The translations under genes were made by a program, and so were the position numbers. A stretch of 64,000 nt of DNA. Source: the human T2T-CHM13v2.0 reference genome, Homo sapiens. Shown here one piece after another: positions 14,390 through 28,400 of this stretch (positions are counted from its first letter, which is position 1; every line of letters starts with the position of its first letter). The stretch is taken from the NCBI RefSeq assembly GCF_009914755.1, contig NC_060947.1; one strand, given 5' to 3'. The notes under the pieces are model-generated. The model was not told where the DNA came from and ran no database searches. It was given only the letters and a program-made list of their open reading frames with translations.

Positions 14390-14630
14390 GTATTTGTTCA
14401 GCAAATATTTATTGGGCACAAACTATATGATAGGTGCTGTGCTAGGTGCTGGAAATTCCACAGTGAGAAAAACATATGGTTCCTGCCCTCAGGGAGTTTA
14501 AAATCTAGTTCAGAAAAAACAAATATTAAATACTGTAATCATATAATTATAAGTGGGACTAAGTGCTAAGGAAATGAATAATAGTGAACCTGGCCTAGTA
14601 GGGAATAGGGGTTAGAATGAGGTCATGGAA
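14390..14630 (-). mobile_element. L2 3' end
   Basis: ttcagcaaatatttattgggcac...gtgctgtgctaggtgctgg...cctgccctcagggagtttaaaatctag. Confidence 0.85.
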
Positions 14631-14994
14631 GATTTGTCTGAAGAACATATTCCAAAGTATTACAGTACCCAGTACCAAAGAAGTCCACATGGCAGACTTC
14701 ATTATTGAACCAGTTGTTTTTGCTCTGTTCTATGACTCTAACTCCAGGCAGCGAAATCAAAATCCTCACTATTAGTCCAAAATGGACTTGGGCTAGAACA
14801 AGTAGATGGATCAGGGAAAACCACTGTTTATGAACAGAAACAAAATTCAGAGACCACATTATGTCATAGCATTGGAGGGACCTTTTGTATGCCAGGGTTA
14901 ATATGAATGCATACTTATTTTACATTTTCCACAAGGAGCATAAGATATATTATAATCTTATGGATGCTTGTGAACTGACCCCAGGAGTTATGAT

Positions 14995-15110
14995 CTGTGT
15001 TCAAATCTCGTTATTTAACCTTTCTGGAAAATATGAGAAGTAAATGAGGTAATCCATGGGAAGGGTTTAGCACAGTGCCTGAACCTAGTAAAACTCAATA
15101 AATTTTTCTA
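14995..15110 (+). mobile_element. MIR 3' fragment
   Basis: taaatgaggtaatccatgggaagggtttagcacagtgcctga...ctcaataaat. Confidence 0.7.
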
Positions 15111-15448
15111 TTGTTGTTCCTGTTAGTATTTAACAAAACAGCAATCACCCCCATCTCTCTCTTTCTGAGTAATACATAAGAAAGTTACCAGTTTCCAAAT
15201 AACCATTCTTCCTTATACTTCCTATCCTGAATAATGTAAGTTAGCTTGATCAAGGAAAAACAGGGGTTGAAGCTTCTAGGGCTTCCTGGAAAATTTCTAT
15301 GGGATGGGGGCAATTCTTGCTATGGTTTTGTGCAGAAAGAGGCTGAAGGTAATTCAGAGGGAGGTTATAAACTAACTTTAAAGGCACTGGAGTTGCTTAC
15401 CATTTAAAATAATGTTGTTTTGGTGGTGGTGGTAATGTTGGCGTGAGA

Positions 15449-15481
<33 letters not shown>
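15449..15481. repeat. (GT)10(GA)6 compound microsatellite
   Basis: Read directly. Confidence 0.95.
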
Positions 15482-15482
<1 letters not shown>

Positions 15483-15490
15483 CTCTAATT

Positions 15491-15578
15491 GATTTTGAAA
15501 AATTATAAAATGTATATTCAATTATCATTTCTTGGATTTTGAAAAATTACAAAATATATATTTGATTATAATTTCTTG
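15491..15578. repeat. 44-bp tandem duplication (5 mismatches)
   Basis: gattttgaaaaattataaaatgtatattcaattatcatttcttg / gattttgaaaaattacaaaatatatatttgattataatttcttg. Confidence 0.9.
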
Positions 15579-16109
15579 GAGTTCATAATAAATAGGGTTC
15601 ACTTATTGTGACAAGGGCCCCACTATCCTTCTTTGAAATTATGGCTATAATTTAGTTTCCTAGTACAAGCTTTGCTCATGTTACCTTCTCAGTATGTAAT
15701 CACTCATGATGGCAATCATCTATTTGAGTCATGTCACATGGTTTAGTGGTGATTGTTACTGTCTGAGAAAATATTTAGCATTTAGCTAAGTATAGTTCTT
15801 TCTAGGTATACTATGGGCCTTTGTTAGGTATACTATGGAGCAAGTAAATGTAACTTAATTGAGTTTTCTCCCTCAAAGCAGGTGTGGGTGCGTTTTCTTG
15901 GTGTAGGCTCATGATCACCTTCGTTATCTGCAGCTTTGCTACCAAATACTTCTCTTTAGTTCTTGGTTGAACATGGTTCTGTATTCCATTGTGAAACAGG
16001 GGATCTTTTTTTGTGGGGGGAATGCTTGTGTTCTAGCCCTTCAGAATTGTGTTTCTCCTGCACAGACCCCTTGACCAGGTCATGGTCTTTTCACATGGAT
16101 TATGGTTAT

Positions 16110-16390
16110 AACTTTGCTCATGTGCCCTGTATACATAAAATGATTTCCCACCCAAACTCTTCTAGCCTAGATACATTCATCCTAGATGCTTTTACTCTAT
16201 CATTCAAGTTCCCTTCCTGGCCAGAGTCCTTATCAATAATTCTTAGGCTATACTGGGCTTGTCTACTTGAGTGTAAGTTTCTAAAAAGGAGGCCCCACAA
16301 TATCTTTTTTTTTTTTTTGGAGAGCCCCCATTCTCCAGTCCTAGCACATAGCTGAGCTCTAAGAAGATGCTCAACAAGTACTTAATGACT
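16110..16390 (+). mobile_element. L2 3' fragment
   Basis: gagtgtaagtttct...ccagtcctagcacatag...gatgctcaacaagta. Confidence 0.6.
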
Positions 16391-18429
16391 TAAATCCTAT
16401 CCTCTGAGACATTTCAACATAACTCAATGAAAGATCAGAAGAAACAATCTACACGAGGATTTGTATCATAATCTCTTCACAGTTATATATATATTTGGGG
16501 AGAGGAAGAAGAGCACATTATAGATCCTTATCAGCCATATCCAGAGAAAGCTGTTACTTTCTTCTGATCACCAAACCAAGTATGGGACCTCAGACAGAGC
16601 TGGGTTTGAGGTACTCTAAGGTAATGGAATCAGTGTAAACACTATCTAAAACATCCGAGTATTTTTCTTTGGTCCTCACACCTCAGGATTCCTGAATAAC
16701 TTATGTACTAAAAATCAGAAGGCCAGAAAAATTGATTTGAATTTATTGTCCAGTGAACTTGCTTTTTGTTAATTTAAGGGCAGTAGTTTGAAGGGTAAGT
16801 TTTCCTGAAGACTCTGCATTCCTTGACCTAAAGTCTCCATTAGGAACATAAACAATACGACTGTATGTACTGTGTTTTGAAACCACTATAAATGGCTCTA
16901 ATGTGTGAATCAGGTTATAGTTTAATTTTTCTTTGCTGGATCAGAGGCACTTGAGAATAAAACATATGCAGCTGCAGGATATTGAAATATTTCATATGCA
17001 TATATATGCAGCATATTTTCTAGGGAATTTTACCCCTTAGCAAATCTAGCCAATTCTTTTTCAATTCTATGACTTAACATTACCTTTTCTTTTTGTTTTT
17101 ATTAGCGTTCAGGTTTTAGACTATTTGTTTCCACAAATTGTATTTTATTTTGGCTTAATAAATAAAGAAATTGAGTTACTTCAAAGTACGTTGTGGATGT
17201 CATTTGGTAGCAGTGGATAAATGGAAAGTTAAATGACTTGCTCAAGGTCCAAAAGAAAGTCAGCAGCAGGGCAGAGACAAAATTTCTGTCCTTTTTGCCA
17301 ATTGCCTGTCAGATTCACTCTGCTAATGAAACTTTTTGCAACAGAACAGTCTTCCAATGTTTCCAAGGAGCCAGTTAATTAACCAAATAAAGAGAATGAT
17401 CATAGCGATTTTTAAAATGTCCATCTCTCTCACATTTTTCCCCCAAATTTCATTTTGAGTGTGGATCAAGGAGGTGGTTTTTACAATTTAAATATGATTG
17501 GCACCATTGCTGTTAAATGAAAATGTGGCTACTGGGTATTGAAATATATTTTTTAAAATTGGTAATCAAAAACCTTGTTAGCATTTGTGCCCATCTCATG
17601 AGAAGTTCATAGTGCTTTAAAATTAACATTGATTAAATAATGAACTGACTGGAGAGAGACCATTTATAAAATTGGAGATAGGGATTAGAGGCAGTTGTGG
17701 CAATTTCTCTGCCAGGCTAGGAACGCTCATTAATGAGCTAAGAGGGCTGGAGAATTCATGAAGGGCAGTATCACAGATGATTACTCCCATTACGATGAAA
17801 TTGGTAGGCCAATGGATATGACAATATGATATTTATGATTATATCTGGTTATATTATTGTAGAAGTTAAATCTTTCTGTATGGAAACAGTTTAGCACTTA
17901 TAATGTGTTTTTAATAAAATACTCGTGTGCAATGGCATTTTATAGGAATTGTAAATGTTAACCAGTAGACTGAATTGGATAAGAAATGCAAAGGCAGATT
18001 ACTTTCAAATAAAAAGGGGTAGAGTGTCAAATATGAGTTTCATTAGCTAATTGGTAATATAACATGCTTGTTTCCCTTGAGCACCTGAAGGCCAGACCAA
18101 GCTGCAGAAATGTTGAGGTTTAAACAAGCATTGAGCATACTATGCTTTACAGCCTGAGTGATCACAAGGGTTAGGAAACCAGGACACAATCTATAGTCTC
18201 AACAAATCATTTAAAGTATCATTGCTTAAAAGCTCACCTAATGTTTGATTTTTCCTTCCCACAATTTATGTGTTTATTCCAAATCTAACCAAATCTCTGA
18301 AATGATCAACAATATCATACTCACGGTATCTTGTAATAGATGCAATATTCTGGGCAGAGAGTATCACAATAATCTCTTCTATCTGGAATTACAAGGGAAA
18401 GTTATGGACTGCTTTCCCAGAGGTTGCTT

Positions 18430-18775
18430 TTTTCACTGATCTTGTGGCAACCCTATGATACAGGCAAGGGCTATTATCACCATTTTGTAGGCTAGGACAC
18501 TGAGGCTCCAAGAGGTGGGAAGTAAATGACAGAGTCAAAATGTGAACCTATCATAAAAACAAAAAAAAATCCCCAAACTCGTCAGGTACTATGCTTAGTA
18601 CCTGAGTGACGAGATAATCTGTACACCAAATCCACGAGTCCTGAGTTTACCTATATAACAAACATGCACATGTACCCCTGAACCTAAAATTAAGAAGTTA
18701 AAGTTTTTGAGAAATGTGAACCTAGATGCTCTGCCCCCAAGTTCAGTGTCCATTCTATGATCCATGAATGACACA
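18430..18775 (-). mobile_element. MIR interrupted by an L1 3' end
   Basis: caaccctatga...attatcaccattttgtagg...actgaggctc; resumes after 18724. Confidence 0.75.
18551..18711 (+). mobile_element. L1PA13-16-like 3' end, heavily 5'-truncated
   Basis: ggtactatgcttagtacctgagtgacgagataatctgtacaccaaa...gcacatgtacccctgaacctaaaat; 13-bp TSD aaatgtgaaccta (18538-18550, 18712-18724). Confidence 0.9.
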
Positions 18776-19689
18776 AATAACAGAATTGTAGTTAAAATTC
18801 TCAAGTGAAAGTTGTGTCAGAACTTCAATTTAGAGTCCTTTTAGATTTTTGTTTTCAAATGTTTGAAAAAGGCACGGTCTGAAAAATAATATTGGTCCCC
18901 CTAAGTCCCCCCAAAACTGCCCCAGTAGGACTATTATAAGGCCAGATTACTAGACTAGAATTTACTGGGATTACTTTGTATTAAACCCAGAGCAGGTAGA
19001 ACTTGATTTAAGTAAATGCAATGTAACAAAACCCAAATTTACAACCTAGATAATATACCAAAGATTTGCTTTAAGTGACAATTTCACTTGTATGTTTTAA
19101 TCAGTTTACAAAAATGGATAATCCATCTCTGGGGACTTTGAGGGAAACACACATGTTATGTAAAGCGGAATTAACCTATACTATGCAAGAGTCATGTGAA
19201 AGTGACAGGTTGTTGTTCAAACTAAATCTTACCTCCTGCTTGTGTGATTTTTTTTGGTATATCTAGAGTAATATAGCACTCTTCCCTAATATTCATCCAC
19301 TGGCATTTGGCATCTAGTTAATTACAAATGATTGTAGATTTTTATTATTGAAACAGCATCTAACAGATTTACTTGTGTGTGTTTGTATTGGGATGTACAA
19401 GGAAATGTGTTGTTTCGAAGGAATGTAATGTGAGGTGTCAGGTGACAAAGATGCTTTCTAGGGCTTTTCACCCAACTTGTTCCTTGTTCAAGATAACTTT
19501 TATTTAACTTGCCTCCAAATCAAGCCCTGAATATCATGCAACACAACAGAGAGATCTTCTCATAAAGTAGTTGTCTTTTAGACTCATCTTGAAGTGTATG
19601 GAGTCATTTTAATAGCCATAGGGAGTTGGGCCTAGTCCCAGCAAATGCCCAGTTGAAAATTTTATGGAAGATGGAGTAAGTCTTTTTTT

Positions 19690-20740
19690 GTTCATTGTAC
19701 TAATATTTACTGAGCACTCATATCAGACACTGTTCTAGGTATTGGGCACATAAAAGTTTAAAAGCTTGGAAAAAAAATTCTGCCCTCATGTCACTTACAT
19801 TTTAGTGGAAGAAACAGACCATTACCAAGATAAATATGTAGAATATATAAAACCTGTACAGAGTGGGAATGATCAAAAGAAAAAAGTGAAGGAAGGAGAT
19901 TGAAGTGTATGGATAAAGTTTTAGTTAAAGGGGCCAGGGAAGACTTCACTGAGGAGGACTCACATGAAGGAAGTGAAGGAACTAGCCATGTGGATATTTG
20001 GGGGAAGAATATTTCAAGCAGTGGAAGCATCAAGTGCAAAGGCCCTGAGACGAGAGCATGCCTGGGGTATTAGAGGAGAAGCAATGAGGCCAGTGTATTC
20101 AGAGGGGAATGAATGTAAACAAGAAGAAAAGATGAGGTCAGAGAGGTAATCGGGTAACTGGGTAGGTCCTGGTAAAAATCTTGGTCTTCTATCCAAGAGA
20201 AAGAGAGAGAGAGAGAGTGAAGCTCTGACTTATGTTTTAACAAGAGCATTCACATTGCAATGATTGCAATAGACTAAAGAGGACAAGAGAAGAAGCAGAG
20301 AGAACAGTTAGGAGGCTACTGCAGTAATGCTAGTGAAAGAAGATGATGGTTCTAGATGGTAATAATCAGAGTAGAGCTCTTAAGATTTTCTGACAGACTG
20401 AATGTGGGATATGAGAGAACAAAAGGAATCAAAGTTTTGGGGCTGAATGCCTACAAGGATGGCATTTATGTGTTAGTGAAATGGGGAAAGCTGCAGGAGG
20501 AGATTTGGGATGTGACAAACATCAGAGCTCTGTTTGGAGTATGTTTGGTTTGAGTTGCCTATTAAACGTCTAAGAGAATTGTTGTATAGGCTTTAAATGT
20601 ATGAGTCTGGATTCAAGGGAGACATTCTGGGTGGATATGTAAATTGGAGACATAATCACATAGATGGTATTTAAAGCCATAAGATTGGGTGAATTCACCT
20701 AGAAATTACTACATATAGACAAAAGGAAGATGTCTGGTGA
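19690..20740 (-). mobile_element. L2a-like LINE, ~1 kb 3' portion
   Basis: atatttactgagcac...tgccctcatg...aagtgcaaaggccctgag...ttaggaggctactgcagta...gatggtatttaaagccat. Confidence 0.9.
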
Positions 20741-20759
20741 CATGAGAAAAAGATTTTAA

Positions 20760-20975
20760 AGTAGTATGCATATAATGTTCTCTTTTCTTGGGAAAAAGTG
20801 CTTATAGAAAGAAGAATGGAAATATGTTTACCAAAATCATCTCTGGGTACTAGGAATATTGGTGATTTTCATTTTATTATTTTATGTTTTTCCATATTTC
20901 CCATATTTTCTTTAATGAAAATGGATTGCCTTTATAACCAGAAAGCAGAATAAAACAATAAATACCATTAAGAAA
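20760..20975 (+). mobile_element. L1ME4-like 3' end
   Basis: atctctgggt...ggtgattttcatttt...tttataaccagaaa...aataaa. Confidence 0.6.
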
Positions 20976-22364
20976 AGAAGATTTTTATCTAGAGTTGTTC
21001 TCCAATGTCTAAAATAAAACATTTGTTTGTGTACAGTCCCTTCCACATGCTTACATCCTCAGATACCCACAGTGAACATGCTGAAAAAAAGGTTATTTGA
21101 ATCAAATTACACATGACATGATTGGGACTTGCCATCAAGGACTGACAATACAGATGTTTCTGTCCTTACATGGAGTTGAATTAATAGAACTAGATAAAAT
21201 GTGCCTGGACGGTAAAGAATATGAAGACCTGGGGACAGTTAAACCCAACAGGACTACATCCAGCCAGAATAGATTGGGACCCTTGGGGCTGAGTCAAAAA
21301 TCACATCCTTTGGGAAAAGAGAATTAATTGAATGCTTGTTCTACTCTCTTGTGACATTCTTTTCCCTGAAGGCCTTTTGCCTTCTTTTTCTAGTAGCTCC
21401 CATTCAGGGAACAGGGTATCTGCTAGTTCAGCAAGCTACTCTTAAATGTTAATAACTTATTCTTGGCCAATTTTTCACACATAGGAAAGTGTATCATCTT
21501 ATCATGTTGAGTTTTAAAGATCATATAATTTTTTTCTTTTGAACATAGAAGCTCTAACACTTCTCTTTGCATTCTCTTCATCTCCCCATTTGATTATAAT
21601 AAGGATTACCCTCCCCCTTCTCTGGTGGTGACTCAGACATAGCTAAAGGGGGCTTTTCTCAAACTTCTTTTGGAAAAGAGAAAACCGTCAGTGTTTGGCT
21701 TGAGGACAAACCGAGAATATTTTAGCTAAGATGTAGGACGGTTGATACAGTTATGAGTGACTGAAAAGGGAATTGTAGTGGAAAAGCCATTTGCGTTTTG
21801 AGCTATGGCATTTGCTACTGTGTTAGCACTTTGTTAAAAGTGTGTAAATGCATGGTAAGTTTTTTAAGCAGAAACTTGGAAAATTGGTACAGAAATTTAT
21901 TTTTGCATATGCTTGCCTTTCCATTAAGCAGTAAGTGTAATCCTCTCCCTGATGATCTGATGATCTACTTTACTTTTTCCTTTTCTTCCTAAGAATGCCG
22001 TGACCCAATTCCAAATGTTTTGTTGCACAAATGAGCTATGTTACTCCCTCTTCTGGACTCCAAATGTCAGACCAGGCTCCCTCCAATATTCTATGAATTT
22101 TGGCGATTTTTGAAATCAAAGTTAGAACAGTAGATATAATCTATATTCACCCCCAGCCTCCTGCTGAGACATACATACCACATACACACGTGTGTACACA
22201 CAGAACACATGTTGAAAGAAAGAAACTTCTACCTTTGTCTTCTACTCTTAATAGCAAAGATTGAGTCCTAAGACGGCCCACACTTATATATGAATTTAGA
22301 TCAACAATGTAATCAAAGGCATCAAATTGTAAACATTCTGCCTAGAACTGGACTTGAGATCTTA

Positions 22365-22730
22365 CAGAATGAATACAGGTCTTGGAGTTCTGAGATCTGA
22401 GTGTAAATCTTGCATCTGCTACTTGCTAGCAGAGCAACCACTGACAAACTACTTAAGCATTTATTTAATTCTAAGGCCTTACATACTTGTTCTGATGGCA
22501 ACCAGTATCATGGGGGTTGAAGTTAGACCTGATTCAAATCTACTACTTGGACAATTTGGGTTAAGTGATTTATTGCTTTAGACTCTGTTTCATTGCCTAT
22601 GGAATTAGGATAATACCTGCTTTTTCAGGGCTTTTGTGAGGATTAAACAAGAAAATGTATACAATATGTCTAGGAGCAGCATTTGGGACATATGGTATAT
22701 TAAAAATTCTCTCATTATTATTGTTGTTGT
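22365..22730 (+). mobile_element. Two adjacent MIR copies
   Basis: ttggagttctgagatctgagtgtaaatc...tacttgctagc; ttagacctgattcaaatc...ttgtgaggattaaacaag. Confidence 0.7.
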
Positions 22731-24874
22731 TATTTCTCTTCTTAGTAGCACAAATATTTTCTTACCTGTGAAAACCAGAGGCTTTCACTAAGTCAAGCCA
22801 ATAGCAGGAGAAAAAAGGTAGAATTTCTCATTTTTCAATTTTTGTGGATACATAGTAGATGTATATATTTATGGAATACATGAGATGTTGTGATACAGGC
22901 ATGCAGTGTGAAATACTCAACTCATGGAAAATGGGGTATCCATCCTGCCAAGCATTTTTCCATTGAGTAACAAACAATTCAGTTACACTCTTTATTTTAA
23001 AATGTACAGTTATTGTTATTGACTATAGTAATACTGTTGTGCTATCAAATAGCAGGTCTTACTCAATCTTTCTAACTTTTTTTGTGCCCATTAACCATCT
23101 CCACCTCCCTCCTATCCCCCACAACACTTCCTTGCTTCTGGTAACCACCTTTCTATGTCCATGAGGACAATGGTTTTGATTTTTAGATCCCACAAATAAG
23201 TGAGAACCTGCTAAGTTTGTCTTTCTGTGCCTGCTTATTTCATTTAACATAATGATCTCCGGTTCCATCCATGTTGTTGCAAATGATGGAATCTCATTCT
23301 TTTTATATTCCATTGTGTATATGTGCCATATATTCTTTATCCATTCATCTGTTGATGGATACAGATCCCTTCCAAATATTAGCTATTGTAAACAGTGCTG
23401 CAACAAACATGGAGGTGTAGATACTTCTTGGATATACTTATTTCATTTCATGTAGGTATATACCCAGCAGTGGGATTGCTGGATCATATGGTAGCTCAAT
23501 TTTTAGTTTTTTGAGGAATCTTCAAACTGTTCTCCATAATGGTTGTACTAATTTACATTCCCACTAACAGTGCAGAAGGGTTCCCTTTTCTCCACATCTT
23601 CACCAGCATTTGTTATTGCCTGTCTTTTGGGTATAAGCCATTTTAACTGGGGTGAGGTGATATCTCATTGCAGTTTTGATTTGCATTTCTCTGATTATCA
23701 GTAATGTTGAGCACATTTTTATGTCCCTACTTGCCATTTGTACGTCTTCTTTTGAGAAATGTCTATTCAAATATTTTACCCATCTTTTGATTGGATTTTT
23801 AGATTTTTTTCCTATAGCATAGTTTGAACTCCTTCTATTTTCTGGTTATTAATTGCTTGTCAGATGGATAGTTTGAAAATATTTTCTCTCATGATGCGGG
23901 TCGTATCTTTGTTGATTGTATCCTTTGTTGTGCTGAAGCTTTTTACTGCAATGTGATCCCATTTGTCCCTATTTGATTTGGTTGCCTATGCTTGTGGGGT
24001 ATTACTCCAGAAATTTTTGCCCATACCAATGTCCTGGAGAGTTTTCCCTAAGTTTTCTTGTAGTAGTTTCATCGTTTGAAGGCTTAGATTTAAGTCTTTA
24101 ATCCATTTTGATTTGATTTTTGTATACAGTGAGAGATGGGGTCTACTTTCATTCTTCTCCATATGGATATCCAGTTTTCCCAGCAGAATTTATCGAAGAG
24201 ATTGCCTTTTCCCCAGTATGTGTTCTTGGCATCTTTGTCAAAAATGAGTTTGCTGTAGGTGTGTGGATTTGTTTCTGGGTGTATTAGTCTGTTCTCACAC
24301 TGCTAATAAAGACATACCTGAGACTAGGTAATTTATAAAAGAAAGAGATTTGATTGACTCACATTTCCACAGGGCTGGGGAGGCCTCAGGAAACTTACAG
24401 TCATGGTGGAAGGGGAAGCAAACATATCCTTCTTCACATGGTGGCAGGAAGGAGAAGTGCAAAGCAAAGAGGGAAATGCCCCTTACAAAACCATCAGTCT
24501 CAGAAGAACTCATTCACTATCACAAGAACAGCAGCATGGGGGTAACAGCCCCCATGATTTAATTACCTCCCCCCAGGTCCCTCCCATGACACATGGGGAT
24601 TATGGGAGATAAAATTCAAGGTGAGATTTGGGTGGGGACAGAGCCAAACCATATCATTCTCCTCCGGCCCCTCCCAAATCTCATGTCCTTTCATTTCAAA
24701 ACACAATCATGCCTGCCCAACAGTCCCCCAAAGTCTTAACTCATTCCAGGATTAACCCAAAAGTCCATGTCCAAAGTCTCATCTGACACAAGGCAAGTCC
24801 CTTCCACCTATGAGCCTGTAAAATCAAAGGCAAAGTTAATTACTTCGTAGATACAATGGGGGTACAGGCGTTAG

Positions 24875-25454
<580 letters not shown>

Positions 25455-28400
25455 AGGGAGGTCAAATCCTAAAGCTCCAAAATGATCTCCTTTGATTCCA
25501 TGTCTCACCTTCATGTCATGATGATGCAAGAGGTGGGCTCCCATGGCCTTGGACAGCTCCTGTGGCTTTGCAGGGTACAGCCCCTCTCCTGGCTGCCTTC
25601 ATGGGCTGGCATTGAGTGTCTGTGGCTTTTCCAGACCTACGGTGCAAGCTGTCAGTGGATCTACCATTCTGGTGCCTGGAGGACAGTGGCCCTCTTCTCA
25701 CAGCTCCACTAGGCAGTACCCCAGTGGGAACTCTGTGGCAGCTCTGACCCCACATTTCCCTTCTGCACTTCCCTAGCAGAGGTTCTCTATGGGGGCTCCA
25801 CCCCTGAAGAAAACTTCTGTCTGGCCATCTAGGCATTTCCATACATCCTCTGAAATTTAGCCAGAGGTTCCCAAACCCTTCCTGATTTCTGGTCAAGAAG
25901 GTTTGAGACTTGCACCCTCTGAAGCAACAGCCTGAGCTCTGCATTGGCCCCTTTTAGTCTTGGTGGGATGCAGGACACCAAGTCCTGAGACTACACAAAG
26001 CAGCAAGGCCCTGGGCCTAGCCCAGGAAACCATTTTTTCCTCCTAGGCCTCTGGGCCTGTGATGGGAGCAGCTGCCATGAAGACCTCTAACATGCCCTGG
26101 AGGCATCTTCCCCATTGTTTTGGCAATTAGCATTTGGCTTCTTGTTACTTATGCAAATTTCTGCATCTGGCTTGAATTTCTCCCCAGAAAATTGGGTTTT
26201 CTTTTCTCCTGCATTATCAGGCCTGCAGATCTTCCAAACTATTCTCTGTCACCTTTTGAATGCTTTTCTGCTTAGAGATTTCTTCCACCAGATACCCTAA
26301 ATCATCTCTCTCAAGTTCAAAGTTCCACAGATCTCTAGGGCAGGGGCAAAAAGCCACCAGTCTCTTTACTAAAGCATAGCAAGGGCTACTTTTGCTCCAG
26401 TTCCCAATAAGTTCCTCATCTCCATGTGAGACCACCTCAGCCTGGACTTCAATGTCCATATCACTATCAACATTTTGTTCGAAACCATTCAACAAGTCTC
26501 TAGGAAGTTCCAAACTTTCCCACATCTGTTTTCTGAGACCTCCAAGTCTCTAGGAAGTTCAAACTTTCCCACATTTTTCTGTCTTCTTCTTAGCTCTTCA
26601 AATTGTTCCAACCTCTGCCTGTTACCCAGTTCTAAAGTCGCTTCCACATTTGAGGGTATCTTTACAGCAGCACCCCACTCTCTGCAATACCAAATTACTG
26701 TATTAATCTGTTCTTGCATTGCTAATAAAGACATGTCCCAGATTGGGTAATTTATAAAAGAGGAGGCCTCAGGCAACTTACAAACATGGTAGAAGAGGAA
26801 GCAAACATGCTCTTCTTCACATGGCAGCAGGAAGGAGAAGTGCCAAGCAAAGAGGGAAAAGCCACTTATAAAACCATCATATCTCAGGAGAACTCACTCA
26901 CTATCATAAGAAAAGCAGCATGGGGGTAACTGCCCCCATGATTCAATTACCTCCCCCTGGGTCCCTCCTCCCATGACACGTGGGGATTATGAGAACTACA
27001 ATTCAAGATGAGATTTGAGTGGGGACACAGTCAAACCATATCACTGGGTTCTCTCTTCTGTTCCATTGGTCTATGTATGTATGTTTATGCCAGTATCATG
27101 CTGTTTTGGTTACTATTGCTCTGTAGTATAATTTGAAGTCAGGTAATATGATTCCTCCAGTTTTGTTCTTTTTGCTTAGAATAGCTTTGGCTATTATGGG
27201 TCTTCTCTGGTTCCATATAAATTTTAGGATTTTTTTTTCTATTTCTGTGAAGAATGTCATTGGTATTTTGATAGGGATGGCATTGAATCTGTAGATTGCT
27301 TTGGGCTGTATGGACATTTTGACACTACTGATTTTTCCAATCTATGAACATGGAATTTTTTTTCATTTTTTGGTGTCTTCTGCAATTTCTTTCATTAGTG
27401 TTTTATAATTTTCATTATAGAGATTTTTTACTTCTTTGGTTAATTTCTAGGTATTTAATTTTATGTGTGGTTATTGTAAATGGGACTACATTTTTATTTC
27501 TTTTTCACATTGTTCACTGTTGGCATACAGAAATGCTACTGATTTTTGTATATTGATTTTGTATCCTGAAATTTTACTTAATTTGTTTATAAGTTCTAAT
27601 AATTTTCTTGTGGAGTCTTTAGGTTTTTCCAAATGTAAGATGATATCATCTGCAAACAAGGATAATTTGACTTCTTCCTTTCCAATTTGGATGCCCTTTA
27701 TATCTTCCTCTTGTCTGATTGCTCTATCATGGACTTCCAGTACTATGTTGAATAACAGTGGTGATAGTGGGCATCCTTGTCATGTTCCAGATCTTAGAGG
27801 AAAGGCTTTCAGCTTTTTCTCATTCAGTATGATACTAGCTGTGGGTCTGTCATATATAACTTTTATTATGTTGAGGTATGTTCCTTCTATCCCCATTTTT
27901 TTGGGGGTTTTTATCATGAAGCAATGTTTAATTTTATCAAATGCTTTTACATCATCAATTGAAATGATCACTAGGTTTTTATCCTTCATTCTGTCGATAT
28001 GTTGTATCACATTCATTCATTTGCATATGTTGAACCATCCTTGCATCCCAGGGATAAATCCCACTTGGTCAGGATGATTAATTTTTCTAATGTATTGTTG
28101 AATTCAGTTTGATAGTATTCTGTTGAGGATTTTTGCATAAATGTTCATCAGAGATATTGGTCTGTAGTTTTTTTATATGTTTTTGTCTGGTTTTGGTATC
28201 AGGGTAATAATGGTCTCATAGAATGAATTTGGAAGTATTCCCTCTTCCTGTATTTTTTGTAATAGTTTGAGTAGAATTGGTATTAGTTCTTTAAATGTTT
28301 GATAGAATTTAGCAGTGAAGCCATCAGGTCCTGAGCTTTTTTTGTTTTGTTTTGTTTTTTACTGGGAGACTTTTTATTATGGATTCAATCTTGTTACTTG

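Noticed and set aside
15803-15838. 14-bp direct repeat taggtatactatgg x2
   Set aside because: Too short to interpret; probably a small slippage duplication
26494-26580. Direct repeat aagtctctaggaagttc(c)aaactttcccacat x2
   Set aside because: As I recall, this is part of the THE1C/D internal consensus, so not locus-specific (verify in Dfam)
27463-28077. Longest ORF (204 aa, +)
   Set aside because: Antisense frame of the decayed L1 ORF2 RT region
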